Source: Neoechinorhynchus agilis (Eukaryota > Animalia > Acanthocephala). Taken from it: a DNA stretch of 64,000 bases. The stretch lies in contig CM121342.1 in the NCBI GenBank assembly GCA_051530055.1, positions 9,067,480 through 9,131,479 of the forward strand, in the 5' to 3' direction. Positions 25,250-38,399 of the stretch are shown in pieces (within the stretch, counting starts at the first letter, position 1; the number at the start of each line of letters is the position of its first letter). Under the pieces are notes generated by a model. The model saw only the letters and a list, made by a program, of their open reading frames with translations. It was not told where the DNA came from and did not search any database. Made by a program: the position numbers and the translations under genes.

Positions 25250-26762
25250 TCATTGCCTCTACTAATGATCGGTCAATTCGTTACTTCGATATGCAAGGAA
25301 TTCAGATCGAAAAGATCTTCAAATATTTGGGCAGCACGTTGAGCATGCAATGTGAGCTCACACCAGAGATCGGACAAAGAGTTCAATGCGTGTGGAACAA
25401 CTGGAGGAAGACAACAGGCATCCTTTGCGATAAGCTTCTCCCGAACAAGCTCAAAGGGCGGGTGTACAAGGCAGTAGTGCGACCCGCAATGCTTTACGGA
25501 GCAGAAACGTGGGCTACGAAGGAGGAAGACGTTCAACGATTAGCCGTCAACGAAATGGGGATGCAGAGATGGTCCCCACGATTGAAACGCGAGGATCGAG
25601 TGAACAATGAGGAGGTGCGAAAGCTGCTTTGCTGCCGAGCCGATCGAGGAGGCAATCGCTAGGAGGCGGATGCGATAGTATCTGCATGTGACCGCCTGGG
25701 TAAAGAGCGCATGGATAATCGAGCTCGAGGGGAAAAGGAGAAAAGGGAGGCCCAAAAAGAGGTGGAAGGGCAGTGTGAGCGGAGATTTCAAGACGCTCGG
25801 AAAGGAGAAGAACAAAGACGAAAGCCGACAATGCTGAAAAGAACGACCTCTCAAGTGAGAGTAAAGTTCAAAGAAATGTTGTTGTTATCATTATGTCTAA
25901 AAAGGGTGCTATGTACAGCTTATACGACAATTTTGGAATAAAGAGGGTGTTCTTGATCAAGAACAGAGCCTCGTGTGAAGACAATTCATCAACTCGTTCG
26001 CACAGCACCGAAAGTTGCGGTTGAAGACTGGCCTTAGAAGACTCAAGCTGTCTAGAGTGATCAATTCTATCCCGGAGGCCAGGTTCTGAAAATATTTCAC
26101 GATAGTTTGCATGGTCGTTCCACGTTCATCACTAAAATCTCGCATTTCGCAGCATTCAATGCCAATTTCGCCCCTCAATTGCTTTCGGAATCAACTCTCC
26201 CCTTGCAAATTAATCGAATAGACGTGTCGATGCATCTTCAAGGGACTGGGCAGCGACACCTACCGAAAAAGGAAGTCATATCTTTTAGGTGTTGGGGCCG
26301 GAGCCCGCCAAGCCCGTGAGCTTATCCGTTAGCAAAAGAGTAGATTGCCATCTTTACTTCTGATTTCGATGATAAAACATAAGGGACCGTATCGAAGGAG
26401 GAGGATTTAACGAAAAATTGCCGACCGCCGTCACTGGGTTGGAAAATTAAAATACCACAGAAATTTTTGTGTTTTTCATTATCCGCCTGTTAAAACCGCT
26501 AATGTGAACATCAAAAACATTATGGATAATAACTCATGTTCCACCAGTTTCCATGAAGAAATGGAGCACACATGAGCTTTAGATTTTCCTGTAAAAATTC
26601 CAACAATTATGCATTCTAAATATCTCTACCCTTCTGTTGATCTTACACGATTGCGGACTTCGTTTCGATGGCAATGAGCATTCATATCACCTTAGCGAAC
26701 TATCTTTGATGACAAAAGATCTAAATGAAATTTGAGTAGACATTAAAGACAATAAAATATTC

Positions 26763-28104
26763 TTATTTATGATAAGAACAAAGGTTTACGCAGCAAACGG
26801 TATCCATCATGATGTTTACGCATTCACGGACATCTTTGCAAGGTTGCCTTACAAACGACAGACAGAGTTCAACATTATTTGTGTGTGGGAACATATCAAC
26901 TGCAAATGAGGATTCGAGCTGAAATGGTATTCCTGCATACTTTTTAGACTCTCTTTTACACAAGTTAAGAAAGTCTTGTTTCGCTTGATTGAAGTCGCAG
27001 GAGATATAGAGCAATTGGTGGATACTTGGGCAACTACGGATCGCTCTAAGTGCGTTGGTGTGTAATCCAGCTCTCGGTGGATCAACAATGGCAATAATCC
27101 TTTGTTCCTCGACTGAATTTAACAAGCATGGTAGAAAGTGTTCAGCTGTATCCATAGTGAACTTTACTCTATCTTCGCTAAGTCCATTGAGTTCGATGTT
27201 ATGGTTAGCGATTTCTATGGATTCCTTGGAGTTGTCCACTCCTATCGTTCGAGAGAATAGCTCGGATAGACTTATCGCCCATAGACCTGATCCACAACAA
27301 ACGTCTACGTCAAATGATCCACATATTCGCTTCCTGGTGGACCGCTTGGCTTAAAAGAGCACAATCTCTCGATGAACAGGTCGAAATGGACGACCTCATG
27401 TTGTCAAGCAGCAGTTTGGCTGCGTAGATGTTTGGTTGGAAAAAAGAATTGGGTGGCATTAGAAACGATTTTCCTCCGTCAAAATCAGTTTCAATCAAGT
27501 CTTCGTCACTTTTGTGTAATACCCTCAATGATCGTCTTTCTGTGTTCTTGTCAAATGTTATATAAGCAGAGTGCAATTCACATTTCATTTTCAATTGACC
27601 AACGAGTTTCTCAGCAATCAAAATCACTTCGTCGTCGGACGAAGAGTGCTCAACGCTAAAAATCAAAGATAATTTCCCCGAAGTCGTCGATTTGACAATT
27701 ACAGTTTTCCAAAATCCGACTCGACGAATTTTACAAAAAGGAGGGAAAATATCTACGTGCTTTGATAGTTCCGATTCAATGCATTCTGCCATTTGTTCTA
27801 ATTGCTCAGTCATAAATGGGATTTTGTTCGTTCTGTGAATTACAATTTTAGTGCTATTAAATTTTCCGATGTTGAATCCCACACGTACTTCTCCTTTATT
27901 TCCCCGTCCAATTGTAAACTCCAGTTTGCTTCGATATCCACGTAATTTCGGAGATGCGTATATTTTAAACTGAGACCCGAGATTTGTTTTACAATAACAT
28001 TTGTCTTTTATAGAGTTAATAAAACACCAAACGTTGTCTTTTTTCTGTCTGAGTTGTTCGTTGTAGGCCAAGTTCCACAGAGGACATAGAGATTTCAAGA
28101 GCAA
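26763..28104 (-). CDS. TRMT2A: tRNA (uracil-5)-methyltransferase TRMT2A-like; 5' exons not resolved
   Basis: CPLWNLAYNEQL, YRSKLEFTIG, SFFQPN, DVCCGSG, AIVDPPRAGLH, YISC, VDMFPHTNNVE. Confidence 0.9.
27306..27353 (-). other. TA-bounded inverted-repeat intervening sequence in TRMT2A (46 nt removed)
   Basis: Sense TA-agccaagcggtccac...gtggatcatttgacg-TA, 12 of 15 positions pair in register; removal corrects a +1 frameshift and gives CALL-DVCCGSG. Confidence 0.8.
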
Positions 28105-28775
28105 GTTGTCTAAGTCCGCGATTTATTATGGTTTCGAATCTTAAGCTAATTTTGCGAAAAAAAGAGATTGAGGACCTCAACTGGTTTTTGAGAAACTAAA
28201 AAAGCTTTGTTCTCATAAAGTTTGGACAGACATGATAAATTGGATGAATTAACCAATGAAAAGCGGAAATACGGATTTCTAACAACAAACAAATGCATTT
28301 CTGTGATTAATAAGATGCCGAGTCTTCAAAAAAGTTAACAGTTGAGGGGAAAAGTAACGACAAATTTTTGAACCAAATAAATCGTTGGAGCAATTGTTCC
28401 TCATTTAAACTTTCACTAGCAATGGAAACTGTAGTCGATTTTCGAGGTGGAGCATCTTTCAAGAACAACACAGAATTGCCTGTATATTTATAATTTTGAA
28501 GAAGGGAGTAAGACTTATCATAATCTTTATCTGATTTAAGATCTAATGTGATTATTCAATTTTTTTGAATCCATTTAAACTAAAGAATCACAGGGACGAA
28601 GATCATTCGATCCGCAACACATTTGACTGCCCGGTGTTCGATTCCAAGACGCTGAAGAAGTTTCTTTATTTTCTTTGCATATAGACGTTTATTCCCAGCG
28701 GGAGATTTACGCTCGATCGATATTCGATTGGGCGTTTGTACATTAAACATTCGTCTAAAATAATTCTTAGAGAAA

Positions 28776-28975
28776 TGCCCGAAATCTCAATCTTTAAGTG
28801 ATAATTTTTAAATTTTAATCAACAATCTTAGTCTGACCAATAATCGATACTGTCGAAATTTTAAGCAATGTGGAATATCTTCCAAAAAAGTGCAATGCCC
28901 GAAATCTCAATCTTTAAGTGATAATCTTTAAATTTTAATCAACAATCATAGTCTGACCAATAATCGATACTTTCT
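28776..28975. repeat. Local tandem duplication, ~120-bp period
   Basis: atgcccgaaatctcaatctttaagtgataat...gaccaataatcgatact occurs twice. Confidence 0.8.
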
Positions 28976-29289
28976 TAAATTTAGGATCACAATTATCAAG
29001 CTACTTTTCTTAAATATGAAAATAGGCCAGAAATCATCACAAAAATCAAACATCAACCTTTAAGAATCTAAATGCCGAAAATTGATATTTAAAATTAAAC
29101 AATATATTAACAAACTCAAGCAGATTTGTTATATTTTGAAATTTCAGCACAGAAGAAATTGGGCGGAATGCAGATTGCACGTAGAATGACGATTCCGTTT
29201 AATTTTAAAAAGGATGGTCTCCAATCGATAACCTGTCTAAGCTGGAAACGTTCCTCTCAAAAGATATCGATCAATTGCGGCTCACAGGA

Positions 29290-29830
29290 CGATTTCTGTC
29301 GCTACAGAAGATCGCTTACCTTCTGAGGACTTCTCCATGCTTCAAGTCAGTGCTCTCCTGGGATTTCGACAACTGCGTTCGATCAACCCTGTCAGAAGTC
29401 GTTAACCTACGTCTGTCCGATAAAGCATGGAAACAGGCGATCCTTCCTATTCGATTCGGCGGTCTTAGCATCCAGAGTGCCACCGAAGTAGCAATTCCTG
29501 CCTTTTTGTCATCGATTTCGGACCTGGTGCTGAGAATCATCCCACCACACACTCTGCTAGAGTCGCATCCACCACCTGAACTGATCGAAGCGTACGCTCA
29601 ATGGACATCAATATTCGGCAGCTTCTTAACTCATGCTCATCTCCCACCGATAGAGCTCCTCTCCTGGCAGTCTCAGCTCCACACTCCAGCGACTTCTTGA
29701 AGGCTTTCCCGATCACGGCTGTTGGCACGAGGCTGGATGATCAGGCCATCACCGTCGCTGTGGGACTTCGGTTGGGCATCGAATTCTCAGGCTCATATAC
29801 ATGTCGGTGCGGTGAGACAGTGAACGGATC
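29290..29830 (+). mobile_element. Decayed CRE-clade retrotransposon fragment (RT C-terminus to Zn knuckle)
   Basis: KIAYLLRTSPCF, WKQAILPIRFGGLSIQSA, AVGLRLG, TCRCG with a frameshift. Confidence 0.75.
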
Positions 29831-29939
29831 GGGAACTACATTTTGGGCGTTTTCGCATCGGTTGAGCGAATGATCTTTTAATCTCCATCCGGAAGCTTGC
29901 CTTGTTTTTTAAGGTTCAAAAGAAAAGAATTGAATTCTT

Positions 29940-30400
29940 TTTCACGACTAGACGTTGGGCATCTTGATATTCTTGCAAATTCGACTCAATTTAAGATTTC
30001 CTCTCCTGCATTGGTATACTGTTGCTGACTTAATACACAATACTCATATCCTTTATCGATCTTCACTGGAACTATCTGCGTGAGCGACCTGAGCATATTG
30101 ACCCCTCTTAACATCCTTTGTGATACATTGGAATTCACTCCACGATTCTTGAAGACAGATTCATAGAAACGCTCAAGTTTCCAGATCGGGATATTTAGAT
30201 TATCACGTTCCGTTCTCATTGCGATCGTCTCTAACCTGATCCTATAGTCGATTCTCCTCGGTGCATTGTACGGAACAAAATCCGAACCATAGCTACTACT
30301 CATGGAATAAAGTTTAGAATCGATGAGATCCGGGGTTTAAACTAAATTCTGACCATTCTGAATGATAAAAAACTTCCGATAACATTGACAAGAAGCACAT
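29940..30400 (-). mobile_element. Penelope-like element fragment (pre-RT DKG region)
   Basis: IVPVKIDKGYEYCVLSQQQY...ILN matches the PLE motif IxxADKGxxxVVxxxxY. Confidence 0.55.
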
Positions 30401-30917
30401 CGTCAATTGTAGGATTCAGACCTGCGACGCATTCGAGATTTGAAAAATATATTCCAATTTATGATATGAGTTAGCGTATTTTTTTCAACATTTCGAACTT
30501 GATCGGTATCAAGAAATAGTGCTTGACTTTATAGGAATCAATATTTTTAGCCATATCAAATTTCCCGATTTGTCCTTTTTACGGTCAAACCTTCGATTTA
30601 GTTGCAAATTTGGTAATTCTTTAGAAAGAAGTCGTTTAAAAGATATTGGATTAACTCCGGGCGTTTAATTTTTATTCGAGACGTAGATTTCGAATTTGGA
30701 CAAACAAATAATTTTCAGCTTACATTCTCAAGTTCAATATGAACTTTGATCAAAATGATGTGGTTGCAATCTGCGTTCATCAGGTTTTTGATCGATCTAC
30801 CTCATTGGCGATTGATCCTCCACTTAGAGAATGCATTTAAAGATTTCTGTAATAAACTTAGTAAAACATTAGGACTGTCAAAAAATTGTGGAGGATTTTT
30901 GAGGGGTTAAATGAACT

Positions 30918-31686
30918 TTATTTATGCAAGCAAAAAGTCCAACGTCGGCAATAGCTCTCGGCATATCGGGTGAGCGGTTGACTTAAGGTGGATTCGATTG
31001 TTTTTTGTGTGTTTAACTGGCTAACGGATATGTTATCGCCCAACAAGTTGAGTAAAAAGTTGTTTTTAAAGATATTTGACGGAATCTGAAATACTCTAAA
31101 GAAACAAAAACTGAAAACCGCCTGGAAAAAACATTATGCCGCTCGGTCAACTTATTTAAAAATACCGTTTATAAGGACTTATTGCCTAAACCACCTTATT
31201 TCTCGTTCTCGCTCCAATATCCCTCTGAGAGAGAGTAATCTGGTTAGGAACCACGAGAGTCCACCTGTCGATTGATCGTTAACGTTACTCACATCAAAGG
31301 AATAATCATGAATTCCAATACACACCAATGATGAAATTCTGCAATTGAGAAGAATTTCCGGTTCTAGACAACTAATGTTCAGCACGATTTGGCAAGTTTC
31401 GTTTTCAGTAGGCAGGTTTATTCACCATAATCATTTCGGCTTTAAAGAACGTATAAAGATCGAAACGATTTGGTTCTAAATTGACTAATACACTTGTCTG
31501 ATCTTGTCGTCTTCTGAACAAATGGTTACTGAGGTTTACGAATATGTTGTCTGCATCCGCAGGATAAAGAATAGATGATTCGTCAGGTGCCAAAAAAGGA
31601 AGGATGGACGACAAACGGTTCTCTGGTACGATTTCTATTTTTGAACGGTGACCGTACAGCTGAGGAGGCATCAGTCTTTTCCACAT
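30918..31686 (-). CDS. Unrecognised ~165-aa coding region assembled across two TA-bounded inserts (31686-31477, 31418-31197, 30983-30918)
   Basis: Track ORFs 31405-31689 and 31179-31385 join in frame after removing 58 nt; the frame continues after removing 213 nt; no homology recognised. Confidence 0.45.
30984..31198 (-). other. TA-bounded terminal-inverted-repeat insert (213 nt removed), also readable as a GT-AG intron
   Basis: + strand TA-AGGTGGATT...AAACCACCT-TA; sense-strand TAAG at both junctions; contains three in-frame stops. Confidence 0.6.
31419..31478 (-). other. TA-bounded hairpin insert (58 nt removed)
   Basis: Sense TA-gaaccaaatcgtttcgatcttta...taaagccgaaatgattatggtgaa-TA, ~19-bp stem; removal links two ORFs in different frames. 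Confidence 0.65.
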
Positions 31687-31798
31687 CAAGTGAATTTATA
31701 CTTCAGTCTCTTAGCAACCATCGAATCGTCAAACCATTTAATATTTTGACTTTATTGTTTAAGCTCTCTTATTGGTTACCCTTTATGTCGAGTGTAGT

Positions 31799-31941
31799 AA
31801 TAATATAATAATAACACGTTTATTTGTGAATTAACAAAGGAAATAACCCATGTATCCTTGGGTCCTCATAAACGCTCGAATTTGCAAGAGATTGATTTCG
31901 GCACTTCTTTAAGATTCGTGCAGAGATTTGAAGAATTTTTT
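31799..31941 (-). mobile_element. Short retroelement with shared 3' tail (copy 3)
   Basis: Tail as at 4686 with a GGATA-containing loop; 5' part shared only with the 47271 copy. Confidence 0.65.
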
Positions 31942-32930
31942 TGCCGAATTAGCGATATGGATTGCGTCTTTTTAATTTTGCGTTATAGAATGGTATTTTT
32001 GTTCGCATTCGCGACAATATTTATTCAGTTTAGCAATATTTCCCGGTTATAAAATGGTTAATGAAATCCAATGCGCTTGAAGATTGCACAATTCATTTTT
32101 TATATGGCCTAAAAATTAAAAGAATTTGATGCGTCCGATATTATGTACCAAGTGCGAATGAAACGCTTTAACAACCTTGATCAAAAGCCGTACAAGATTT
32201 TGCCCCGGAAAACAATCGAAATCAATAAATTCTTTTAATTTTTACGTCATGTAAAAAAATTCGATGTGCTAATCAAATCAAAAATATAAGTCAAAGATTT
32301 TTTCGCATCAAATCTTCCAATGGTTTTATGAAAACTGATAACCATACTTTCAATCAACAAAGTCGAATTTATTTTAATAGTGCAAGAGTGCGCAGAAGGA
32401 AATAAAGTTTAAATTATAAGAATTGGTGATTAATGTTCACTGAATGTCCAAATCAACATTTTTCATAGAACAATCACGTGGATTTTTGTCACCAGTTGTT
32501 GTCAATAAATCCAAAGGAAAAACTGATGGTTATTCATTGTCTTTATATTTTATACTTTTTAGATCCGTGCAGTAACTGTATTCATATAGCACATTATTTC
32601 AAAAACAGACTCATTAAACTAATGACAGAGATTACAGCAATATTTGTCGACAATGTTTCTTTAAATAGGTAAATTTGGTTTTCGTAAATCCTTGAAAAAG
32701 TTGTCTTGATTTCTTGAATTAAGAAGCAAGCACCAAACGCCAATAATTAACGTAAATCAACCACGAAAATCGAAAGCGAATGGATAGACCTCGATAAGAA
32801 AATAATCAAGAACAGTCCATTCCAGGATGCGAGGAATGCTAGATGCCAGGATACCTGCCTTCGCGCTTCAGCTTTTATAATTGTAAAACGTTTTATAAAT
32901 TTTTGTGTTCAAGAAATAAGACCTATGTAC

Positions 32931-35900
32931 TTCGTGTGAGGAGCGCTTGCAGGGTTGGTTTTTCCTCAGGTTCATTTCAAGTTACGATATCGGAAAAGAT
33001 TGGGCAGCATGGAAAAAGGAGCGTAGATATAGGAAGGTGCGAGGTCGAGGGGGGATGAAACGGATTAGGATTTCGAGTGTTGTGCTCCTGTAAGGAGCGC
33101 TGGTAAGCTTGGTTATTCATTTCGAGTCATAATACCCGAGAAGATTGGGGAGCATGGAAAAGCAGCGTAGGTATAAGAAGGTGCGAGTTTGAGGTAGGAT
33201 GAAACGAATTAGGATTACGAGTGCTGTGCTCGTGTGGGGAGCGCTTAAAGGGTTGGTCTTTCCTCAAGTTCATTTCGAGTTATGATATCGCAGAAGATCA
33301 TGCAGCATAAAAAAAAGAGCGTAAGTATGGGAAGGTGCGAGGTTCAGGGAAGATGAAGCGAATGACGATTACGAGTATTGTGCTAGTGTGAGGAACGCCG
33401 GTAAGGTTGGTCTTCCATTTCGAGTCATGATACCCGAGAAGATTGGGAAGCATGGAAAAGGAGCGAAGGTATAGAAAGGTGGGAGTTAAAGGGAGGATGA
33501 AACGAATTAGGATTACGAGTGTTGTGCTCGTGTTAGGAGCGCTTGTAAGGTTGGTCTTTCATTTCGATTCATGATACCCGAGAAGATTGGGCAGCATTGA
33601 AAAGCAGCGTAGGTATAGGATGGTGCGAGGTTGGGGGAAAATTAACCGAATAAGAATTTCGGGTTATGACACCCTGAACACTGAGCCGCATCGAAAAGGA
33701 GTGTACGTACAAAGAGGTGCGAGATTGGGGGAGGATAAAACGAATTTGGATTACGAGTGTTGTGCTCGTGTGAGGAGCGCTTGCAAGGTTGGTCTTTCCT
33801 CAAGTTAATTTCAAGTTATGATATCCGAGAAGATTGGGCAGCATGGAAAAAGAGCGTAGGTAAAGGAAGGTGGGTGGTTTAGGGAGGATAAAACGAATTA
33901 GGATTTCCAGTGTTGTGATCGTGTGAGGAGCGCATTTTAGGTTGATCTTTTCTCCGGTACATTTCTACTCATGAAATCCGAGGAGATTGACAGCGCTTGT
34001 AAGGTTGGTTTATCATTTCCAGTCATGACATCAGAGAAGATTAGGCAGCATGGAAAAGGAGCGTAGGTATTGGATGGTGCTAGGTTGAGGGAGGTTGATA
34101 CGAATTAGGATTACGAGTGTTGTGCTCGTGTGAGGAGCGCTTGCAAGGTTGGTCTTTCCTCGGGTTCATTTCTAGTTATGACATCCGAGAAGATCGGGCA
34201 GCATGGAAAAGGAGCCTAGGTATAGGAAGGTTGGAGGTTGAGGGAGGATAAAACGAATTAGGATTTCCAGTGTTGTGCTCGTGTGAGGAGCGCATTTTAG
34301 GTTGGTCTTTCCTCCGGTACATCTCTACTCATGAAATCCGAAGAAATTGAGAGCGCTTGTAAGGTTGGTCTTTCAGTTCGAGTCATGACATCCGAGAATA
34401 TTGGGCAGCATGGAAAAGGAGCGTAGGTACTGGGTGGTGCTAGGTTGAGGGAGGTTGATACGAATTAGGATTACGAGTGTTGTGCTCGTGTGAGGAGCGC
34501 ATGTAAGCTTGGTCTTTCCTCCGGTTCATTTTGAGTCATGATATCCGCGAAGTTTGAGCTGCATGAAAAAAGAGCGCATGTATAGAAAGGTGCGAGATTG
34601 AGGGTGAAACGAATTAGAAGTACGAGTGTTGTGCTCGCGTGAGGAGCGCTTGGAAGGTTGGTCTTTCCTCAGGTTCATTTCAAGTTATGATATCGGAGAA
34701 GATTGGGCAGCATAAAAATAGGAGCGTAGGTATAGGAAGGTGCGAGGTTGAGAGCGGAAGAAACGGATTAGGATTACGAGTGTTGTGCTCCTGTTAGGAG
34801 CGCTGGTAATGTTGGTCTTTCATTTCGAGTCATGATACCCGACAAGATTGGGGAGCATGGAAAAGGAGCGTAGGTATAAGAAGGTGCGAGTATGAGGTAG
34901 GATGAAACAAATTAGGATTACGAGTGCTGTGCTCGTGTGAGGAGCACATGCAAGGTTGGTCTTTCCTCCGATTCATTTCAACTTAATATACCCTAGAAGA
35001 TTGGGAAGCATGGAAAAAGGAGCGTAGGTATAGGAAGGGTCGAGGTTAAGGGGGATTAAACGAATTAGAATTACGAGTGTTGTGCTCGTGTGAGAAGCGT
35101 TTGCAAGGTTGTTCTATCCTCAGGTTCAATTCAAGCTTTGATATCCGAGAAGATTGGGCAGCATTTAAAAAATAGCGAAGCTATAAGAAGTTGCGAGGTT
35201 CAGGGAAGATGAAGCGAATGACGATTACGAGTGTTGTGCTAGTGCCAGGAACGCCGGTAAGGTTGGTCTTCCATTTCGAGTCATGATACCCGAGAAGATT
35301 GGGAAGCATGGAAAAGGAGCGTAGGTATAGGAAAGTGCGAGTTAAAGGGAGGATGAGACGAATTAGGATTACGAGTGTTGTGCTTGTGTGAGGAGCGCTT
35401 GTAAGGTTGGTCTTTAATTTCGAGTCATGATACCGGAGAAGATTGGGCAGCATTGAAAAGCAGCGTAGGTATAGGATGGTGCGAAATTGTGGTAAAATTA
35501 AACGAATAAGAATTTAGGGTAATGACACCCTGAACACTGAGCCACATGGAAAAAGGAGCGTACGTACAGGGAGGTGCGAGATTGGAATAGGTTGATACGA
35601 AATAGGATTACGAGTGTTGTGCTCGTGTGAGGAGCGCTTGCAAGGTTGGTCTTTCCTCGGGTTCATTTCTAGTTATGACATCCGAGAAGATCGGGCAGCA
35701 TGGAAAAGGAGCCTAGGTATAGGAAGGTGCGAGATCGAGGGAGGATGAAACGAATTTGGATTGCGGGTGTTGTGCTCGTGTGTGGGGCGCTTGCAAGGTT
35801 GGTCTTTCCTCAAGTTAATTTCAAGTTATGATATCCGAGAAGATTGGGCAGCATGAAAAAAGAGCCTAGGTATAGGAAGGTGGGAGGTTGAGGGAGGATG

Positions 35901-36440
35901 AAACGAATTAGGATTTCCAGTATTGTGCTCGCGTGAGGAGCGCATTTTAGGTTGGTCTTTCCCCCGGTACATCTCTACTCATGAAATCCGAGGAGATTGA
36001 GAGCGCTTGTAAGGTTGGTTTATCATTTCCAGTCATGACATCCGAGAAGATTGGGCAGCACGGAAAAAGAGCGTAGGTATAGGAAGTTGCGAGGTTGAGG
36101 GAGGATTATACGAATTAGAATTACAAGTGTTGTGGTCGTGTGAGGAGCGCTTTTAAGGTTGGTTCTACATTTCGAGTTATGATACCCGAGAAGATTGAGC
36201 AGCATTGAAAAGGAGCTTAGGTATGGGAACGTGTGGGTTTGAGGGAGGATGAAATGAATTATGATTATGGGTGTTGTGCTCGTGTGAGGAGCTATTGTTA
36301 GTTTTATCTTTCCTCCAGTTCATTTCGAGTCATGATATTCGAGAAGATTGGGCAGGATGGAAAAGGATCGTAGGTATTGGAAAGTGTGAGGTTGGGGAAG
36401 GATGATACGAATTAGGATTACGAGTGTTGTGCTCGTGTGA
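32931..36440 (+). repeat. Second, more diverged array of the ~145-155 bp satellite with higher-order structure
   Basis: Same monomer as 4838-8450; diagnostic variants recur (gacaccctgaacactgag at ~33668 and ~35524; cgcattttagg at ~33931, ~34291, ~35941). Confidence 0.95.
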
Positions 36441-37038
36441 AATGTTGTAGGTTTGTTGTAAAAATTGTGGTGGTAGGGTTGAGAGGCATTTTGATTGTGT
36501 GTTTAAAATAGTTTCAAGGCACCTCTTCCCGGATAAAACATATTTCATTAGAATGAAATATTTCGCGACATTGTTTCTGAGTTTACCGATAATGAGGCGA
36601 GGCCTTCTCTAGAAATATTTTATATGAGCGAAATTCATAAATGATACGTTAATACATAATTATCGTAAAAAGGCGATTATATTTACCTCAATTTGGTCTG
36701 AAATTGTGGGCAATCGCCAGAGATTTTCGAAGTTGATGTCCTTAATGGTAATACTGCAGATTTAAAGTATTGAAAGGTTAAAAAAATGAATGAAGCAACG
36801 TTAAAAACAATAGGTTTGAACACACACCGCATCGAAATCGTGGTTCGACTGTGTTTTATGGGTCGTTTTCCGGCGTAGAAATTGAAGTGATTTTATTTTC
36901 TAAAACCGATATTTTGGCACTATCTTGTGCCTTTATCATTGTCTAAAAATTGCGTGAGGAATGGATCAATATTCACTGCCCTAGGATAGAGCCTAAAGTC
37001 CGCCTTATTCGTTTGGCGGATGAATAGGGCCGCCAAAT

Positions 37039-37700
37039 TTACACGGTCCCATTTTGTTTCACTGCGTGCCAAAATGATAGCGTTATCAATGTCCATTTAG
37101 TGGTTTGGCCTACATATGACTTTTCATATTCGGTGCAAGGAATTTTATACACGAATCCTTTGCCTTGATGTTTTTCACGTTTCTTCACCGTGGAACTTGG
37201 TTGTTTACTTCTCTTGGTGTAGATACAACACCACATCTTCTGACGCGCCTCCTTTAATCAGGCTGTTAATTGTAGTGAACTCGTCGACGAATGGTGCTTC
37301 TATTAAGGCTTTTTGTTTTGAATTCTGGCACATAGTTTTTGTATAGAAAGCCCTGCAACTAGCTCTTCTTATCATGTAGATTGGAAAGCACTTTCCTTTT
37401 AATATGCTCCACAGAAATTCAAGTTCCGCGCTAAGTGAATCTTAGATTGAGTAATAGTTATAGGCCCGGTCAAATAGCGACTTAATCCTCGCTATCTTGT
37501 ATTTAATTCGTGCAATTGTAATGAAAGGTGCAATGTCAGTCGGTATACCAATCTTTCTGTATACACCAGTCTCAAACTCAGCTCCTTTTCGCGTTAACGA
37601 AATGTCCAAAAAGAGATCGCATTATGATTCTCCGAGTCTACTGTCAATTGGATGTTGCTGTGCGTGGAATTCAGCATGTGAGCCAACGTTTCCGGTTCTG
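37039..37700 (-). mobile_element. Penelope-like element fragment (RT C-terminus and GIY-YIG start)
   Basis: HSNIQLT..ISFLDISL..FETGVYRK..IKSLFDRA..ELEFL..CFP and GFVYKIPC..YVGQT with stops and frameshifts. Confidence 0.8.
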
Positions 37701-37719
37701 TGGTTTCATGAACTAAGAT

Positions 37720-38384
37720 AAAAGTGCCCTCTACGTATCTCCACTTCCGCCATCGCTTGTTCCATAAGAAGGCTCATTTCCAATATCGCCTCGAACGATA
37801 CTGATCGACCATCCTCCATGCCCTCGGGCCAACGGCAACGAATTTTCCTTTCCACTTTTGGCTCGCTCAGCCCGATCGCAAATCGGTGTCTAAGTCGTTC
37901 GTTGAGATTCTGTCCATAACTGCAACCTATACTCAAAAATCGCAATCTATCTGCGAACTCCGCGAATTTCTCCCCCGTATTCCGAATTGCTTGTTCGGAC
38001 GCGAACTGAGCAGCAAACAAGGTCACCGCCGGTGCGTAGTCTCTTAATTTCCTGAACCAACTCGTTAAATCGCAAATCACCTGGGTCCTTTGGGAACATA
38101 TATTTTTCTAACCGACTTAAGGTCATATCGCCCATGTACGTCAATAACAAGGTCGCCTTGGCACTTTCGACCAACTCACAATCACATCTTATACCCTTCA
38201 CCCAAAGAAGACGTTCAAATCTACGGACATACATTGTCCATTCGCTCGCTGTGGTACGGGAGGAAGGAACCATCTTGAAATTCTCTATTTTCCGGTCCAA
38301 ATAAATAGGATTCGTTATTTTATGATTCACGTCGTCGAGGATCCCATTGCTGCAACCAGTTGTTACAGCTTGACTAGCCATCAA
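37720..38384 (-). mobile_element. Ty3/Gypsy (Mag-like) gag fragment with one frameshift
   Basis: WTMYVRRFE..KATLLLTYMG..FPKDPGDLRFNEL / GEKFAEFADRLRFLS..C..LNERLRHRFAIGL. Confidence 0.7.
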
Positions 38385-38399
38385 CTCTTGTTTTGTGGG

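Larger units (their letters stand above)
23230..25860 (+). mobile_element. Decayed RTE-clade LINE, endonuclease deleted, RT interrupted by a Gypsy fragment
   Basis: RVRLKK..KIRIGTL joined directly to AKAKKEA..L; RWKEYF, GPENMP, YRGIKLMSHTMKLW, LSPFLF, FADD, FKYLGS, VVRPAMLYGAETW; stops and frameshifts. Confidence 0.92.
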
